From positions 416,001 to 480,000 of the forward strand of contig CAWBZI010000002.1 in NCBI GenBank assembly GCA_963793265.1: DNA of 64,000 bases. The letters run 5' to 3'. This stretch comes from an uncultured cyanobacterium. Its GTDB lineage: Bacteria; Cyanobacteriota; Cyanobacteriia; Phormidesmidales; Phormidesmidaceae. The translations under genes were made by a program, and so were the position numbers. Below are positions 50,087-60,300 of this stretch, one piece after another. Every line of letters begins with the position of its first letter. Positions within the stretch are counted from its first letter, which is position 1. Under the pieces are notes generated by a model. That model did no database searches. It was given only the letters and a program-made list of their open reading frames with translations, and had not been told where the DNA came from.

Positions 50087-50581
50087 CTACCAACCCCAAG
50101 AGCCAGGGCCACCTTTAAAAGGGCCAACAATGTCTTTGGTGATCCACCCAGCATAAAAATTTCCAGCTTGGGGTTGTACCTTCTCACCGTCTACGTAGCA
50201 GGCATCCATAGGCCCAGGATAAAAGCCCACGTATCCTTCCAGGGCTTTGTAGGCAGGAGAGATATTTGGGTAGTACCAGGCGACATCTTTAACTAAGCGA
50301 TCACCCACCTGCAAAGTGTAGTAATAAGCCCGTCCTTTCCACTCACAGTAAGTAGAGTGATCGCTTGACAATAAACACTCCGCCTTAATATCGCCCGGTG
50401 GTATGTAGTAGTTAGGCGGATGGCTGGTTTCTAAAATCCGCATAGGGCGATGAGTATCGGCAATCACCTCGTCGTTGAAGATAATTCTAACGTGCTTGTT
50501 TACCTCCTCAGCTCGGGGAGGCCGAGGATAGTCCCACACAGATTCTTGATTAGGGCCGGGAGAAATAGGGTCAGGGCGCAT
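50087..50581 (-). CDS. DUF427 family protein
   Basis: ESVWDYPRPP, LETSHPP.YYIP, CEWKG.A, FYAGWIT..IVGPFKG. Confidence 0.9.
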   Translation of the reverse strand: MRPDPISPGPNQESVWDYPRPPRAEEVNKHVRIIFNDEVIADTHRPMRILETSHPPNYYIPPGDIKAECLLSSDHSTYCEWKGRAYYYTLQVGDRLVKDVAWYYPNISPAYKALEGYVGFYPGPMDACYVDGEKVQPQAGNFYAGWITKDIVGPFKGGPGSWGW

Positions 50582-50728
50582 AGGTCAAAAAAGAACTGAG
50601 AAATGGTTTTTGGGGCAGTCACTATGGCGACTGTGAGTTGGCTAGGGAGAGCGTAACTTGAGAATAGCGCTCTCAGTTTGTTTTGCGATCGCCTCCCTCT
50701 CCCAATCCGTCGTCATTGCCCTCATCTC

Positions 50729-51769
50729 TTAACTTCTCCAGCGCAACGTTTTCGCCTTAATCGGATTCACAAAAGGACGGTCTTCAGCTGCTGCTTGCGC
50801 CTGTTCTTTTTTCAGCCGGTAGTACCAGCGCGCCTGCGTATCCGCGTCGCCCACCAGCTTAGTAACAGGATTATCGTGCAGTCGGGAAGTCTGCTTTGCC
50901 AAGATAGTGCGGTCTTGAGCAAGAAAGCTGTGCATAAACCACAGAGCGACCGGCTTGAACAGAGGAAACCAGGGGAGGGTGGTGTATAAAAGCGTGGTTA
51001 CTTCGGTTTTGGTTTCTGAAATAGGTGTGATTGCCGTTAGGCTACAAACCGTGTGCTTGTTGGTTGCAATGTGCTCAATGCGAACGCCAGGGAGCTGAAA
51101 AGAGATTTCAATTTCTGGGTTAGAACCCACCAGGCGATAGAGCAGCGTTTCTTCTTCTAGCAGGTGCTTTTGCATGGTAAAGCCGAGGGCAGATGGCTCG
51201 AAGTGTTTGGTGACTTCTTGAAGGGCGGCAGGCGATCGCCACCACCAGGCCCGATGCACAAAAGCAATATGCGCCGGGTCAAGCAGGCCAATCACAGCAT
51301 GGTCAATATCACTCTCGTACTCCATAGAGTAAGCAGCCTGATAGGCACGGCTATCAAAAAAGGGCACCTGTGGAACCTCTTTTGGATCAGCCTGCTGATC
51401 GTGACTAGCCATGTAAATCCAAATATTGCCCTGCACCTCACTCACTGGATAGGACTTAGCCTTTATGCAGGTGGTATTGAATGTTTTTGAACTAGCCAGC
51501 GAGGGAATAGACGTGCACTGTCCAGTTTCGTCAAAAGTCCAGCCGTGAAAAGCGCACTCTATTTTATTGCCATCAAAGGTGCCTGCGCTCAGAGGAGCAG
51601 CCTGATGTGGGCAAATGTCTCGCAGCGCAAATACAGACCCCGATTGAGTGCGCCCGAAGAGAATGGGCTCGCTTAAAAGCGTTTTGACAATTGTTTGCCC
51701 GCGCTTAAGCTCATGACCCGGAAGCCCGTAGTACCAGACATCCTTTACAAATAAAGATTTTGCCGTCAT
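50729..51769 (-). CDS. Rieske non-heme iron oxygenase alpha subunit (VanA/PAO-like)
   Basis: CPH...CAFHGW Rieske motif; DPAHIAFVH mononuclear Fe motif; ATG at 51769. Confidence 0.88.
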   Translation of the reverse strand: MTAKSLFVKDVWYYGLPGHELKRGQTIVKTLLSEPILFGRTQSGSVFALRDICPHQAAPLSAGTFDGNKIECAFHGWTFDETGQCTSIPSLASSKTFNTTCIKAKSYPVSEVQGNIWIYMASHDQQADPKEVPQVPFFDSRAYQAAYSMEYESDIDHAVIGLLDPAHIAFVHRAWWWRSPAALQEVTKHFEPSALGFTMQKHLLEEETLLYRLVGSNPEIEISFQLPGVRIEHIATNKHTVCSLTAITPISETKTEVTTLLYTTLPWFPLFKPVALWFMHSFLAQDRTILAKQTSRLHDNPVTKLVGDADTQARWYYRLKKEQAQAAAEDRPFVNPIKAKTLRWRS

Positions 51770-51908
51770 GAATAGCCCTGCAGGTGTCTCAAAGAAAAGT
51801 GATACCAATAACGCAGGTGGTGTGTTTGCAGCACTGAACGTCACAGTGCTCGATCCTAGCATCAGAAACCAGCTATTTACATTTGGGCTAGCCAAACCTT
51901 ATAAAAGG

Positions 51909-52232
51909 CTAGCGGAGAACCCTATCAATCGTGTTAGGACGCTCATATAGGCTTCCTCTATTAGGTTCTGGCGGATCTGTTAAGCCAGAGCGCTTTAACA
52001 AAATGACGACTCCAATACCCAGAACGCCACCAAGCGCCAGCCCTGCAAGCAGCAACCCTATAATCATGTTTCGCAATCGTTTGATGTCGCGTTTGATATG
52101 AGGGGAAGGGCTGCTCGGAGAAGAACCATCTTGAAGGTCAGATAGCTCTATGCCACTGTCAGTTTCTCGCTCAATATCGTTGGCATCGGGCAAAGGGTTG
52201 CTCTGAGGATCGTGGAAAGGAGAATTTGTCAC
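51909..52232 (-). CDS. Hypothetical single-TM protein
   Basis: Acidic N-terminus, then IIGLLLAGLALGGVLGIGVVILL and GLTDPP. Confidence 0.6.
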   Translation of the reverse strand: MTNSPFHDPQSNPLPDANDIERETDSGIELSDLQDGSSPSSPSPHIKRDIKRLRNMIIGLLLAGLALGGVLGIGVVILLKRSGLTDPPEPNRGSLYERPNTIDRVLR

Positions 52233-52325
52233 AGAGAGCAGCTCTTACGTAACGTATGGCAAATCATATATCACGATAGATAGCTTTGGTTCAACCGCCC
52301 ACAGATGCGTATCTATAAATAGTTG

Positions 52326-53866
52326 CTAGCCTCTGACAACTGTTACCTGACGATGCTTAGGCGTTTCAACAACTTCCACGGTCGTTCGATCTTCTATTGG
52401 CGGTAGCCCACTACGGCGATCGAAAATAACTAGCCAGCCGGAGGCTGTTCCTAACCGGCTTAAGTAAGCATCCAACTGCACTAGCCCGGCTGACAGTGGA
52501 TCAGGTCTGCTATCTCGCCATACCTTCAGCTCAATTCCTAAGGTGACTTGGCCGTAACGCAAGCACAGATCCATCCGCCCACTGCCGAGCGCATATTCTC
52601 TTTCTAGGGTACCGCTACCGTTTACAACGCGATGAAAGAATGCCATCAGCACCAGATGAGGAGCAATTTCGTGGTAGGAAGCACTCCGCATCAGCGGTTC
52701 TCCATGCTGCCGCCAGAACTGTAAGAAGGCTTCTAGCAGTGCTTGCATATTAAGTTCACCCGATGGCGTTAGCCAGGTAGGTGAAATCTGTGGCAAAGAG
52801 GCCATTGGTGGCAGAGCAAGCACTCTCGGTAAAACTTCTCGATAGATCGGGTTCGCGATCGCCAGTCCACCCGCCGGACTCATCACACACAGCCCCAAAT
52901 CCAGCACGAACTGAATTCTTCATTAGACACCTCGCCTAGCTCCTGGCCTGCCAGCATCGGCTCAATAATCGCCCTTACCCTATCCTCCCGTAATCGCTCT
53001 GCCAAACTATCAAGGTGAGTGTCTTGTCGATGAATGAGGATCTCTTTAGCCTGTTCTACATAATCTAAAGTCAGGGCAACTGACGGATTAGGCGCAAGGA
53101 CTTCTACCATTTGTCTCGCCAAAGCATTAACTAGCCAGGGCTGTCCTTGAGTCAACTCGAAGGCTCGTTGTATCGCTTCGGGCGTAAACACCTGGCCAGT
53201 ATCAGCCGTGTGCTGCCCATAGAGACTAGCTACTTCTGACTGAGTAAAATTCCGCAGCGTCAGCGATTCAACTTTGATATTAAACGGGCTAGCACTGCCG
53301 AGCCTACGGCTCCCGCCAGAGGCAACCTTATAGTCTCTTACATCCCGCAAACCGATCAGCGCCAGTGAATGAGGAAAGCCACGAGGGCGGCGAGGATAGC
53401 CATCTCGCAACTGGCGCAGCACAGACACCAGGGCTTCATCCTGCAAAGCATCAATTTCATCTATAAACAAAACGATGGGTCGAGAACATTGACCAGCCCA
53501 TTGCTTAAGCACCTGACCAATAGACACGTCGGCTGGCCAGTCGGGTGGGTGCAGCTCAGGCGGTAGCCAAAAAGTCGCAGCATCCGACCAGGCGCGCAGG
53601 ATTGCCGCCGCTGCCTTATCAGGAGACTGAGAGTAGGCAGCGCCTACCTCGGTTGATACCATTAGCGCCGCATATTTACCTTGAGCTGTCAGTTGTTGAG
53701 CTAGCGTCAGCATTGCCGTGGTTTTACCCGTTTGGCGAGGCGCATGAATCACAAAATACCCCTCCTGCTCAATGATTCGAGCGACGGAGGGCAAGCGCTC
53801 TAAGGAAGGCAGCATGTAGTGAACTTCAGGCTTGCAGGGGCCAGCCGTATTAAACCAACGAGTCAT
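52326..53866 (-). pseudogene. AAA-like ATPase with C-terminal PD-(D/E)XK domain, split by a single frameshift
   Basis: FNTAGPC, HAPRQTGKT, LFIDEID in the first ORF; GRMDL..GIELK in the second. The junction reads AAT GAA GA ATT CAG TTC GTG CTG GAT (one base missing near 52917). Confidence 0.8.
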
Positions 53867-54050
53867 AGGCTTATAGGTCAAATGGGCGAGCAGTATGCTA
53901 ATACCTCTGGAGTTTTACACATGAATCGTGCTGTAGAACTTAATCAAGGTATCGAATTAAGCTACGCGATCGCTCGTCCGACTTGAGAGATAATCGCTAA
54001 AAACTAAGCAGCTCAAGCAATTCACAATCCACCTTAGTTTGTAAACCCGT

Positions 54051-54079
54051 TTGCAATATTTCGTTACATATGTTATAGT
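54051..54079 (+). promoter_or_regulatory. psbA sigma70-type promoter
   Basis: TTGCAA (54051-56), 17-nt spacer ending TGT, TATAGT (54074-79); extended -10. Confidence 0.7.
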
Positions 54080-54163
54080 TGGTACATACCGACGAGCAAA
54101 AGCAATCATTTTTCGTTCTTGCTCTGTCATATACATATTCACTTTCACCCCCGCAATCATTCC

Positions 54164-55255
54164 ATGGTTTCTACAACTAACACTCTTCAGCGGAGCCAAA
54201 GCGCTTCTCTGTGGGAGCAGTTTTGTCAGTGGGTCACAAGCACCGAAAACCGCCTCTATGTTGGCTGGTTCGGCGTCTTGATGATTCCTACACTACTCGC
54301 TGCTACCGCATGTTTCGTAATCGCGTTCATCGCTGCGCCTCCTGTGGACATCGACGGCATCCGTGAGCCTGTTGCAGGTTCATTGATGTACGGCAACAAC
54401 ATCATCTCTGGTGCGGTTGTACCTTCATCTAACGCAATCGGCCTCCACTTCTACCCCATCTGGGAAGCAGCTTCTCTTGATGAGTGGCTCTACAACGGCG
54501 GCCCTTACCAGCTGGTCATCTTCCACTTCCTCATCGGCGTCTTCTGCTACATGGGTCGTGAGTGGGAGCTATCCTACCGCCTCGGTATGCGTCCTTGGAT
54601 CTGTGTTGCTTACTCTGCGCCAGTCGCAGCGGCAACGGCAGTGTTCTTGATCTACCCCTTGGGTCAAGGTTCATTCTCTGACGGGATGCCTTTGGGTATC
54701 TCGGGTACATTCAACTTCATGTTGGTGTTCCAAGCAGAGCACAACATCTTGATGCACCCCTTCCACATGTTGGGAGTAGCTGGTGTATTCGGTGGTTCAT
54801 TGTTCTCAGCAATGCACGGCTCACTCGTAACCTCTTCGTTGGTACGTGAGACGACAGAAACTGAGTCACAGAACTACGGCTACAAGTTTGGTCAAGAAGA
54901 AGAGACATACAACATCGTTGCAGCGCACGGCTACTTCGGTCGTCTAATCTTCCAGTACGCCTCGTTCAACAACAGCCGTAGCCTCCACTTCTTGTTGGGT
55001 GCATGGCCAGTAGTTGGCATCTGGTTTACCGCTTTGGGCATCAGCACGATGGCGTTCAACCTGAACGGGTTCAACTTCAACCAGTCGATCATCGACTCAC
55101 AGGGTCGCGTGATTGGTAGCTGGGCAGACGTTCTGAACCGTGCCAACTTGGGTATGGAAGTGATGCACGAGCGCAACGCTCACAACTTCCCACTCGACTT
55201 GGCTGCTGGCGAAGCTGCACCTGTCGCACTCACGGCTCCTTCAATCGCTGCCTAG
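54164..55255 (+). CDS. psbA: Photosystem II D1 protein (standard oxygen-evolving type, Glu130 form)
   Basis: [42 protein letters not shown]; all Mn-cluster ligands present; 363 aa. Confidence 0.99.
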   Translation: MVSTTNTLQRSQSASLWEQFCQWVTSTENRLYVGWFGVLMIPTLLAATACFVIAFIAAPPVDIDGIREPVAGSLMYGNNIISGAVVPSSNAIGLHFYPIWEAASLDEWLYNGGPYQLVIFHFLIGVFCYMGREWELSYRLGMRPWICVAYSAPVAAATAVFLIYPLGQGSFSDGMPLGISGTFNFMLVFQAEHNILMHPFHMLGVAGVFGGSLFSAMHGSLVTSSLVRETTETESQNYGYKFGQEEETYNIVAAHGYFGRLIFQYASFNNSRSLHFLLGAWPVVGIWFTALGISTMAFNLNGFNFNQSIIDSQGRVIGSWADVLNRANLGMEVMHERNAHNFPLDLAAGEAAPVALTAPSIAA

Positions 55256-55296
55256 TCTTCGGACACTGCTTTGATTGAGACAACTGAATAGAAAGA

Positions 55297-55331
55297 AAGC
55301 CCTCTGTACAGCAATGTATAGAGGGCTTCTT
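55297..55331 (+). terminator. Strong hairpin/terminator after psbA
   Basis: AAGCCCTCTGTACA-GCAA-TGTATAGAGGGCTT: 14-bp stem (one G-U), GNRA loop. Confidence 0.85.
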
Positions 55332-55398
55332 ACTGTACTCTCAGTCCCTCAAGAGGTGCTTCCGGTACTGGAGTTTAGTAAGCCATGGACAACGGTTC

Positions 55399-57171
55399 TC
55401 ACAAGCCTCCTGCTTTCTGTAGCGCATTTATATCGTTATTTTGATATATCGGAATCCGAACGTTCGCGATCGCCTTATGTTTTTCGGGCTCATTAGGAAC
55501 CTTGCTCATCAAATCCGCGGCCTGACCCCACAAATCAGCAATCTTTATCCAATCGTCAGAAGTCTTCGCTTCCTGACTCCAGATTGCAGTTTGTTCCGCA
55601 ATCTGAACTGCCCGAAGATAGTCAGCAACAATCTTTTTTTTACTGGCATATCCTAAATTGCTTGTATACGTGGCTATTTTTCTGTCTACATCGAGATAGT
55701 TTGGATCAGTCGCGGGAATCTCTTTCAACGTATCAATAGCACCCTGCCAAAGTTTCTCAACCCGTTGACAATCTTCTGAAGAGATATCTACTGGCTTGAT
55801 CTCTTCGGCGATAGTTACTTTTCTACTAATAAGTTGAGATGCCGCAAGCCCCTGCCTCAAAGCGCTAGTGTATAGTAGCCGGTTTTTGTACTCTTCTATC
55901 TTTCGTTCTGCTTTCGGCGCTGAAGTGTTTTCAGGGATAGCCCTGTCTAACACCTTAATAGCCTCTTGCCAATTGTCACTCGCAAAATCTAAGTTCTCAC
56001 CAGATAATCCTTCCGTCTGAAGCTCATCTTTTGCGACTTTCTCAAGCCTGTCTGCCGCTACAAGTGCATCCCTGATGGTTTTATCTTCAGCGCTTAGATC
56101 ATAACCTTGGGCTGGATCAAGCTTACCGCCCTCAATGACATTGCCTTTACTTGAGTTGTTGGCAAAAGAGCGTTCGGAGCTGTTACTTAATAAGAACCCA
56201 TACATTCCGCCTAAAGCGATGACTAAGCATGTTCCCATTATTAAGATGAAAGGATATCGTTTTCTACTTTCGGACAGTGAGAGCAAAAGACTGTTGCTTG
56301 CTAATAGGCTTTTTTCTGTGCTTGGTGAATTTGTTACAACTGCTAGCGGTAGGTTTCGATCAAAGGGGTTTGTGCCGATGCTTGGATGCTGTTTGTGGTT
56401 AGTCGCTTTCTTCACATTCTCACGAACGTATTCAAACAGCTCTCCTACAGTGACAAAACCATTGTTATCTCTATCAGCTTCGCCTCTCAGTCCCTTTAGC
56501 AAGTAGTGGGTAAAGACACCATGTCCGCCTCCCCATTTTGCATCTTCAAAAGAGACTTCGTGAGCTTCTGCTGAAGTTAGCAAGGCTGTGCCGCCTCGGG
56601 CAGTGCTAATTTCCTTTAAGTAGCGATTAATGAGGGCTGCACTTTCCTCAATTCCCCGGCTTCGCATGCCACCACCGATGGCTGCACTATGGCAAGTGTC
56701 AGCTAAGATGATGACTTTTTCTGAGAGTAAAGTATCTTTCAGAGCACGGTTGATGTCTCCAACCGGGAGCGCGGTGCCAGCAATATCTTTCGGATTGGTA
56801 TCATGGGTAAGGAGATAGACATTTTCTGGGCGCTCTGGGTCGGGTGCGCCGTGGCAGGCAAAGTAAATGAGCACTAGATCTTCTCGGGCGGGCTTTTTTA
56901 GGAACGCACGTAAGGCTTGAATGACGTTAGCTGTAGTAGCAGACTTATTGGTAAGTTTGCAAACAAAATCTTTTTGAAAATGGCCTCCGCGAGGTGTGAG
57001 CAGCAGTTGATATAGTTCTTCAGCATCGCGATCGGCATATCTCAGATTAAGGCTGGCAACCTGATATTTCGAGATACCGACAATAATTGCCCACCGATTA
57101 AATTTTTCTGGCTCAGAAGGCAGCGCTGACTCTATCAGCGCAATGTCGCGGGAGGAAGAGTGTTCAGACAT
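55399..57171 (-). CDS. Caspase-family (peptidase C14) protein with TM helix and C-terminal helical repeats
   Basis: WAIIVGISKY, LRYADRDA, YFACHG, ADTCHS, GHGVFTHYLL; TM FILIMGTCLVIALGGMYGFLL; repeated W..AI..L..IP units. Confidence 0.88.
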   Translation of the reverse strand: MSEHSSSRDIALIESALPSEPEKFNRWAIIVGISKYQVASLNLRYADRDAEELYQLLLTPRGGHFQKDFVCKLTNKSATTANVIQALRAFLKKPAREDLVLIYFACHGAPDPERPENVYLLTHDTNPKDIAGTALPVGDINRALKDTLLSEKVIILADTCHSAAIGGGMRSRGIEESAALINRYLKEISTARGGTALLTSAEAHEVSFEDAKWGGGHGVFTHYLLKGLRGEADRDNNGFVTVGELFEYVRENVKKATNHKQHPSIGTNPFDRNLPLAVVTNSPSTEKSLLASNSLLLSLSESRKRYPFILIMGTCLVIALGGMYGFLLSNSSERSFANNSSKGNVIEGGKLDPAQGYDLSAEDKTIRDALVAADRLEKVAKDELQTEGLSGENLDFASDNWQEAIKVLDRAIPENTSAPKAERKIEEYKNRLLYTSALRQGLAASQLISRKVTIAEEIKPVDISSEDCQRVEKLWQGAIDTLKEIPATDPNYLDVDRKIATYTSNLGYASKKKIVADYLRAVQIAEQTAIWSQEAKTSDDWIKIADLWGQAADLMSKVPNEPEKHKAIANVRIPIYQNNDINALQKAGGL

Positions 57172-57293
57172 GGTTCTGCCTTAGTCTAACTTCGTCACTA
57201 GCTTAAACTGCTCTGAACGTGTAAAAATGTAAGAAATTCTGTGGAAAACTGATATCTTCATATCTCTTGTGTCCATACGCTAGGAGCAATGAC

Positions 57294-58196
57294 ATGGCTT
57301 TCCCCCTCCAAGAACGATACGTCAACCTTCTTACAGACTTCGGTTTTAAGCGCGTATTTGGAGAGGAACCAAACAAGCAACTGCTGATTAACTTTCTCAA
57401 CACGCTCCTACCCGCTCACCACCAAATTCAAACGCTGTCCTACAAAACTACCGAAAACCTCGGCATCACGCCATTAGACCGCAAAGCTATCTTTGACATC
57501 TATTGCCAGGGGCAAAACGGCGATCGCTTCATCGTAGAGCTTCAAAAAGCCAAGCAAAACTTCTTCAAAGACAGGAGCGTCTTTTACGCCAGCTTCCCCA
57601 TTCAAGAGCAAGCCCTTAGAGGCGAATGGAACTTTAAGCTCGCGCCCGTTTACTCCATCGGCATTCTCGACTTTGTATTCGATGACCATCAGCACGAAGA
57701 CACTATTGTCCATACCGTAAAGCTCAAAGATCAGAACTGTCAGGTTTTCTACGACAAGCTGACCTTTATTTACGTCGAGCTGCCAAAATTTGACAAAACG
57801 CTAGAGCAGCTCACTTCACAGCAAGACAAGTGGCTATATCTATTCAGGCATCTACCCGAGCTAGACGATTTGCCTCGTCCCTTCCAAGATTCGGTTTTTC
57901 TACAGCTCTTTGAAATTGCCGAGATCGCCAAGCTCTCTCGCATCGAGCAAGACAATTATCAGAACAGTCTAAAATACTACCGCGACATGAATAACGTGAT
58001 TGATACTGCTCGCATGGAAGGAGAAGCGATGGGTATCGAGCAAGGCATTGAGCAAGGTATTGAGCAGGGCCGCAAGCTAGAGAAAATTGCGATCGCCCGC
58101 ACTCTCCTCAGCAGCCTCCCTGTAGAAGCCATCAGCCAAACAACCGGCCTAACCATCGATGAGGTTGAGCAATTGAGCCGCAGTTCTGAAAATTAG
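57294..58196 (+). CDS. Rpn family (PD-(D/E)XK) nuclease
   Basis: YVNLLTDFGFKRVFG, AIFDIYC, FIVELQK, YVELPKF, GIEQ x3; AGGAG RBS at 57282. Confidence 0.9.
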   Translation: MAFPLQERYVNLLTDFGFKRVFGEEPNKQLLINFLNTLLPAHHQIQTLSYKTTENLGITPLDRKAIFDIYCQGQNGDRFIVELQKAKQNFFKDRSVFYASFPIQEQALRGEWNFKLAPVYSIGILDFVFDDHQHEDTIVHTVKLKDQNCQVFYDKLTFIYVELPKFDKTLEQLTSQQDKWLYLFRHLPELDDLPRPFQDSVFLQLFEIAEIAKLSRIEQDNYQNSLKYYRDMNNVIDTARMEGEAMGIEQGIEQGIEQGRKLEKIAIARTLLSSLPVEAISQTTGLTIDEVEQLSRSSEN

Positions 58197-59128
58197 GGCT
58201 TCGGTGTAACAACGTACTTTGACAAATCTGAGCCTGCGGGCAACGGCTCTAGCTCGCCTCGATTCTCAAGCACCTGATAGATGAATGAGGCCGTTTCGCC
58301 TCGGGTGATGGGTTGATTGGGATTCAGCAGGTTAGGATCTGGGTAGTTGACGATTAGGCCCGATTCGGTTGCGATCGCCACTTCATCACGCGCATACTCA
58401 GGAATCTGGTCGGCATCATCATAATATTCACTCAAATCCAAGGGCACCTGAGCGCCCGCGTCTGGATTAGTGCCATCGGCTTGAGCACTCGGCGGCGCAG
58501 CCTGAGCGGGAGAGGCCGCTTGAGCAGACGGCGCAAATAGCTGCATTACCGTGGTTGCAGCTAGTGGAAACATCAATGGATTAGATGCTTTTTGTCGTCG
58601 AACCGGCTGCACAGGCTCGGCGGCAGCGGGCACGGCTACGACAGTGGGCGCATTCGCCAATAGCTGCTCAGAGCCTAGCCCTTCGACTAAAGCAACAATG
58701 GCATTAGCTCGGGTGATATCTGTTTTGGGCGCAAACTGATCGGGCGCTGGCGTACCTAGAAAGCCGCCTTCGTATGCTTCTTCAATCGCATCGTTGGCCC
58801 AGTAGCCTTCGGGCACGTCTTCAAAGGTACTCGCCTGCGGAATAGCCTTGACGGGTTCAGCATCAAAAGCCTGTCGAATAACGGCCGCGTATTCGTCACG
58901 ATCAATGGCCTGCTGGGGTCGAAAAGTACCGTCGGGATAGCCGGTGAGAATGTCGGCCTCGCTGAGCTGCATGATGTAGGGTTGAGCCCAGTAGTCAGTA
59001 GGCACGTCAGGGTAGGTCGTTTGGGCCTCTGCGGAGAGCAGTAGGGCACCGGGGAGGAGGGCGATCGCACCTATCCCGGCAATTGCAGCCACCACTTTCT
59101 GGGTAGACCAGTCCTGTTCTGACATCAT
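58193..59128 (-). CDS. S-layer homology (SLH) domain protein
   Basis: Signal-like N-terminus; YPDVPTDYWA...GYPDGTFRP, FEDVPEGYWA, LNPNQPITRGE. Confidence 0.88.
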   Translation of the reverse strand: MMSEQDWSTQKVVAAIAGIGAIALLPGALLLSAEAQTTYPDVPTDYWAQPYIMQLSEADILTGYPDGTFRPQQAIDRDEYAAVIRQAFDAEPVKAIPQASTFEDVPEGYWANDAIEEAYEGGFLGTPAPDQFAPKTDITRANAIVALVEGLGSEQLLANAPTVVAVPAAAEPVQPVRRQKASNPLMFPLAATTVMQLFAPSAQAASPAQAAPPSAQADGTNPDAGAQVPLDLSEYYDDADQIPEYARDEVAIATESGLIVNYPDPNLLNPNQPITRGETASFIYQVLENRGELEPLPAGSDLSKYVVTPKP

Positions 59129-59353
59129 AATTTTTATTCCTTTAACTGTTAACCGACAATCTATTTACAACAGAAGCTAGCGCTATATTGGTTCAGTTTC
59201 ATCACTCTATAGAAAGGCATATCAACAATATGAAGTGTATATTTGTAAAAAGTTTTTAAAAGATCAACAGCTTATTCCAAAAGGCAGACTTCTACACGCT
59301 ATTGAGCACATTAGAGTTGAGCGCATAAGGTCAAAACGCAAAAGGATACCCGT

Positions 59354-59977
59354 ATGTCATACGCTGAAGGGTCGCGATCGCCCCTACCAACAATCTCTGA
59401 GCCCGCTGTCTCTCCGGCGGCAGTGCCGGTTGCCGAGTATCATGACCGCGTTCGCTGGGGGCCAATTTTAGCCGGGCTGATGATCGCTACCGTGTCGCAG
59501 CTTATGCTGAGCGCTTTGGGCGCTGTAATTGGCCTAGCGGCAGTTGGCAGCGCTGATGCATCGACAGCCGGGACGCTGGCGGCTGTTTGGGCAATCTTCA
59601 GTCTGTTGCTTTCCCTATTTTTGGGCGGCTGGATGATGGCCAGAACGTGCGGCCCTATGCGCAAAAAATCTGCTCTGCTGAATGGAACAATATTGTGGGC
59701 AGCGATGCTAGCGCTCGGCGTTTGGCTATTAACGAGCGGCATTTCTGGAACTGTGGGCTTAGCAGCGACAACTGCGGGTTCGGCAGCCGGTGCGATCGCC
59801 CAAACCGTTGACGGAAGCGACCTGCCAGATTCCGCTGCGGCTTTACCCGATGCTCAAGCCGCACAGCAGTATGCAGCAAACGCCGGTAGAGCGGGTCTAA
59901 CCTTCTTATTTGGCTCTCTGTTGAGCTGGGCATCGACGTTAATAGGCTCTGTGGTTGGTGCAAAAGCGCCTCAATAG
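59354..59977 (+). CDS. Hypothetical membrane protein
   Basis: DRVRWGPILAG, several TM helices, ALLNGTILWA. Confidence 0.75.
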   Translation: MSYAEGSRSPLPTISEPAVSPAAVPVAEYHDRVRWGPILAGLMIATVSQLMLSALGAVIGLAAVGSADASTAGTLAAVWAIFSLLLSLFLGGWMMARTCGPMRKKSALLNGTILWAAMLALGVWLLTSGISGTVGLAATTAGSAAGAIAQTVDGSDLPDSAAALPDAQAAQQYAANAGRAGLTFLFGSLLSWASTLIGSVVGAKAPQ

Positions 59978-60034
59978 CCAAAATTCCAGCGTTCTTATCC
60001 GTCCGTCCTTATCTGTCCATTTATGATGATTTCA

Positions 60035-60073
60035 TGTCAAATAATTGACACCGCTTAACCGTAACGATACGCT
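60035..60073 (+). promoter_or_regulatory. Sigma70-type promoter with an overlapping palindromic operator
   Basis: TTGACA (60045-50)-N17-TACGCT (60068-73); TGTCAA-ATAA-TTGACA perfect inverted repeat at 60035-60050. Confidence 0.7.
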
Positions 60074-60079
60074 AGTTTT

Positions 60080-60275
60080 CATAGCTGTTATTAGCACTCA
60101 TCTGATACGTAACAGCTAAACCGCCCCGAAAAATTAGCCGCTGACGATGACTGCTCGAACAGTCACCGCCAGCTCGCCCTCAGACCGATCCAACCGGTCA
60201 GCGGGTTGTGGCGATTATGCCACAACCACCCTGACTTATGGCAAGTTGCGGGTGGCTTTTTTTTCGAGCGGCTTT
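60080..60275 (+). ncRNA. Candidate structured leader RNA/small RNA
   Basis: Four to five hairpins in series directly after the promoter, ending in a stem plus T8 (60257-60264). Confidence 0.5.
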
Positions 60276-60300
60276 CTTAAACCCCTCATTGGAGAGCCCC

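Noticed and set aside
54050..54080. HLR1 (RpaB) site at the psbA promoter
   Set aside because: One good half-site (GTTACATA) is present, but the partner half-site spacing does not fit the canonical direct repeat.
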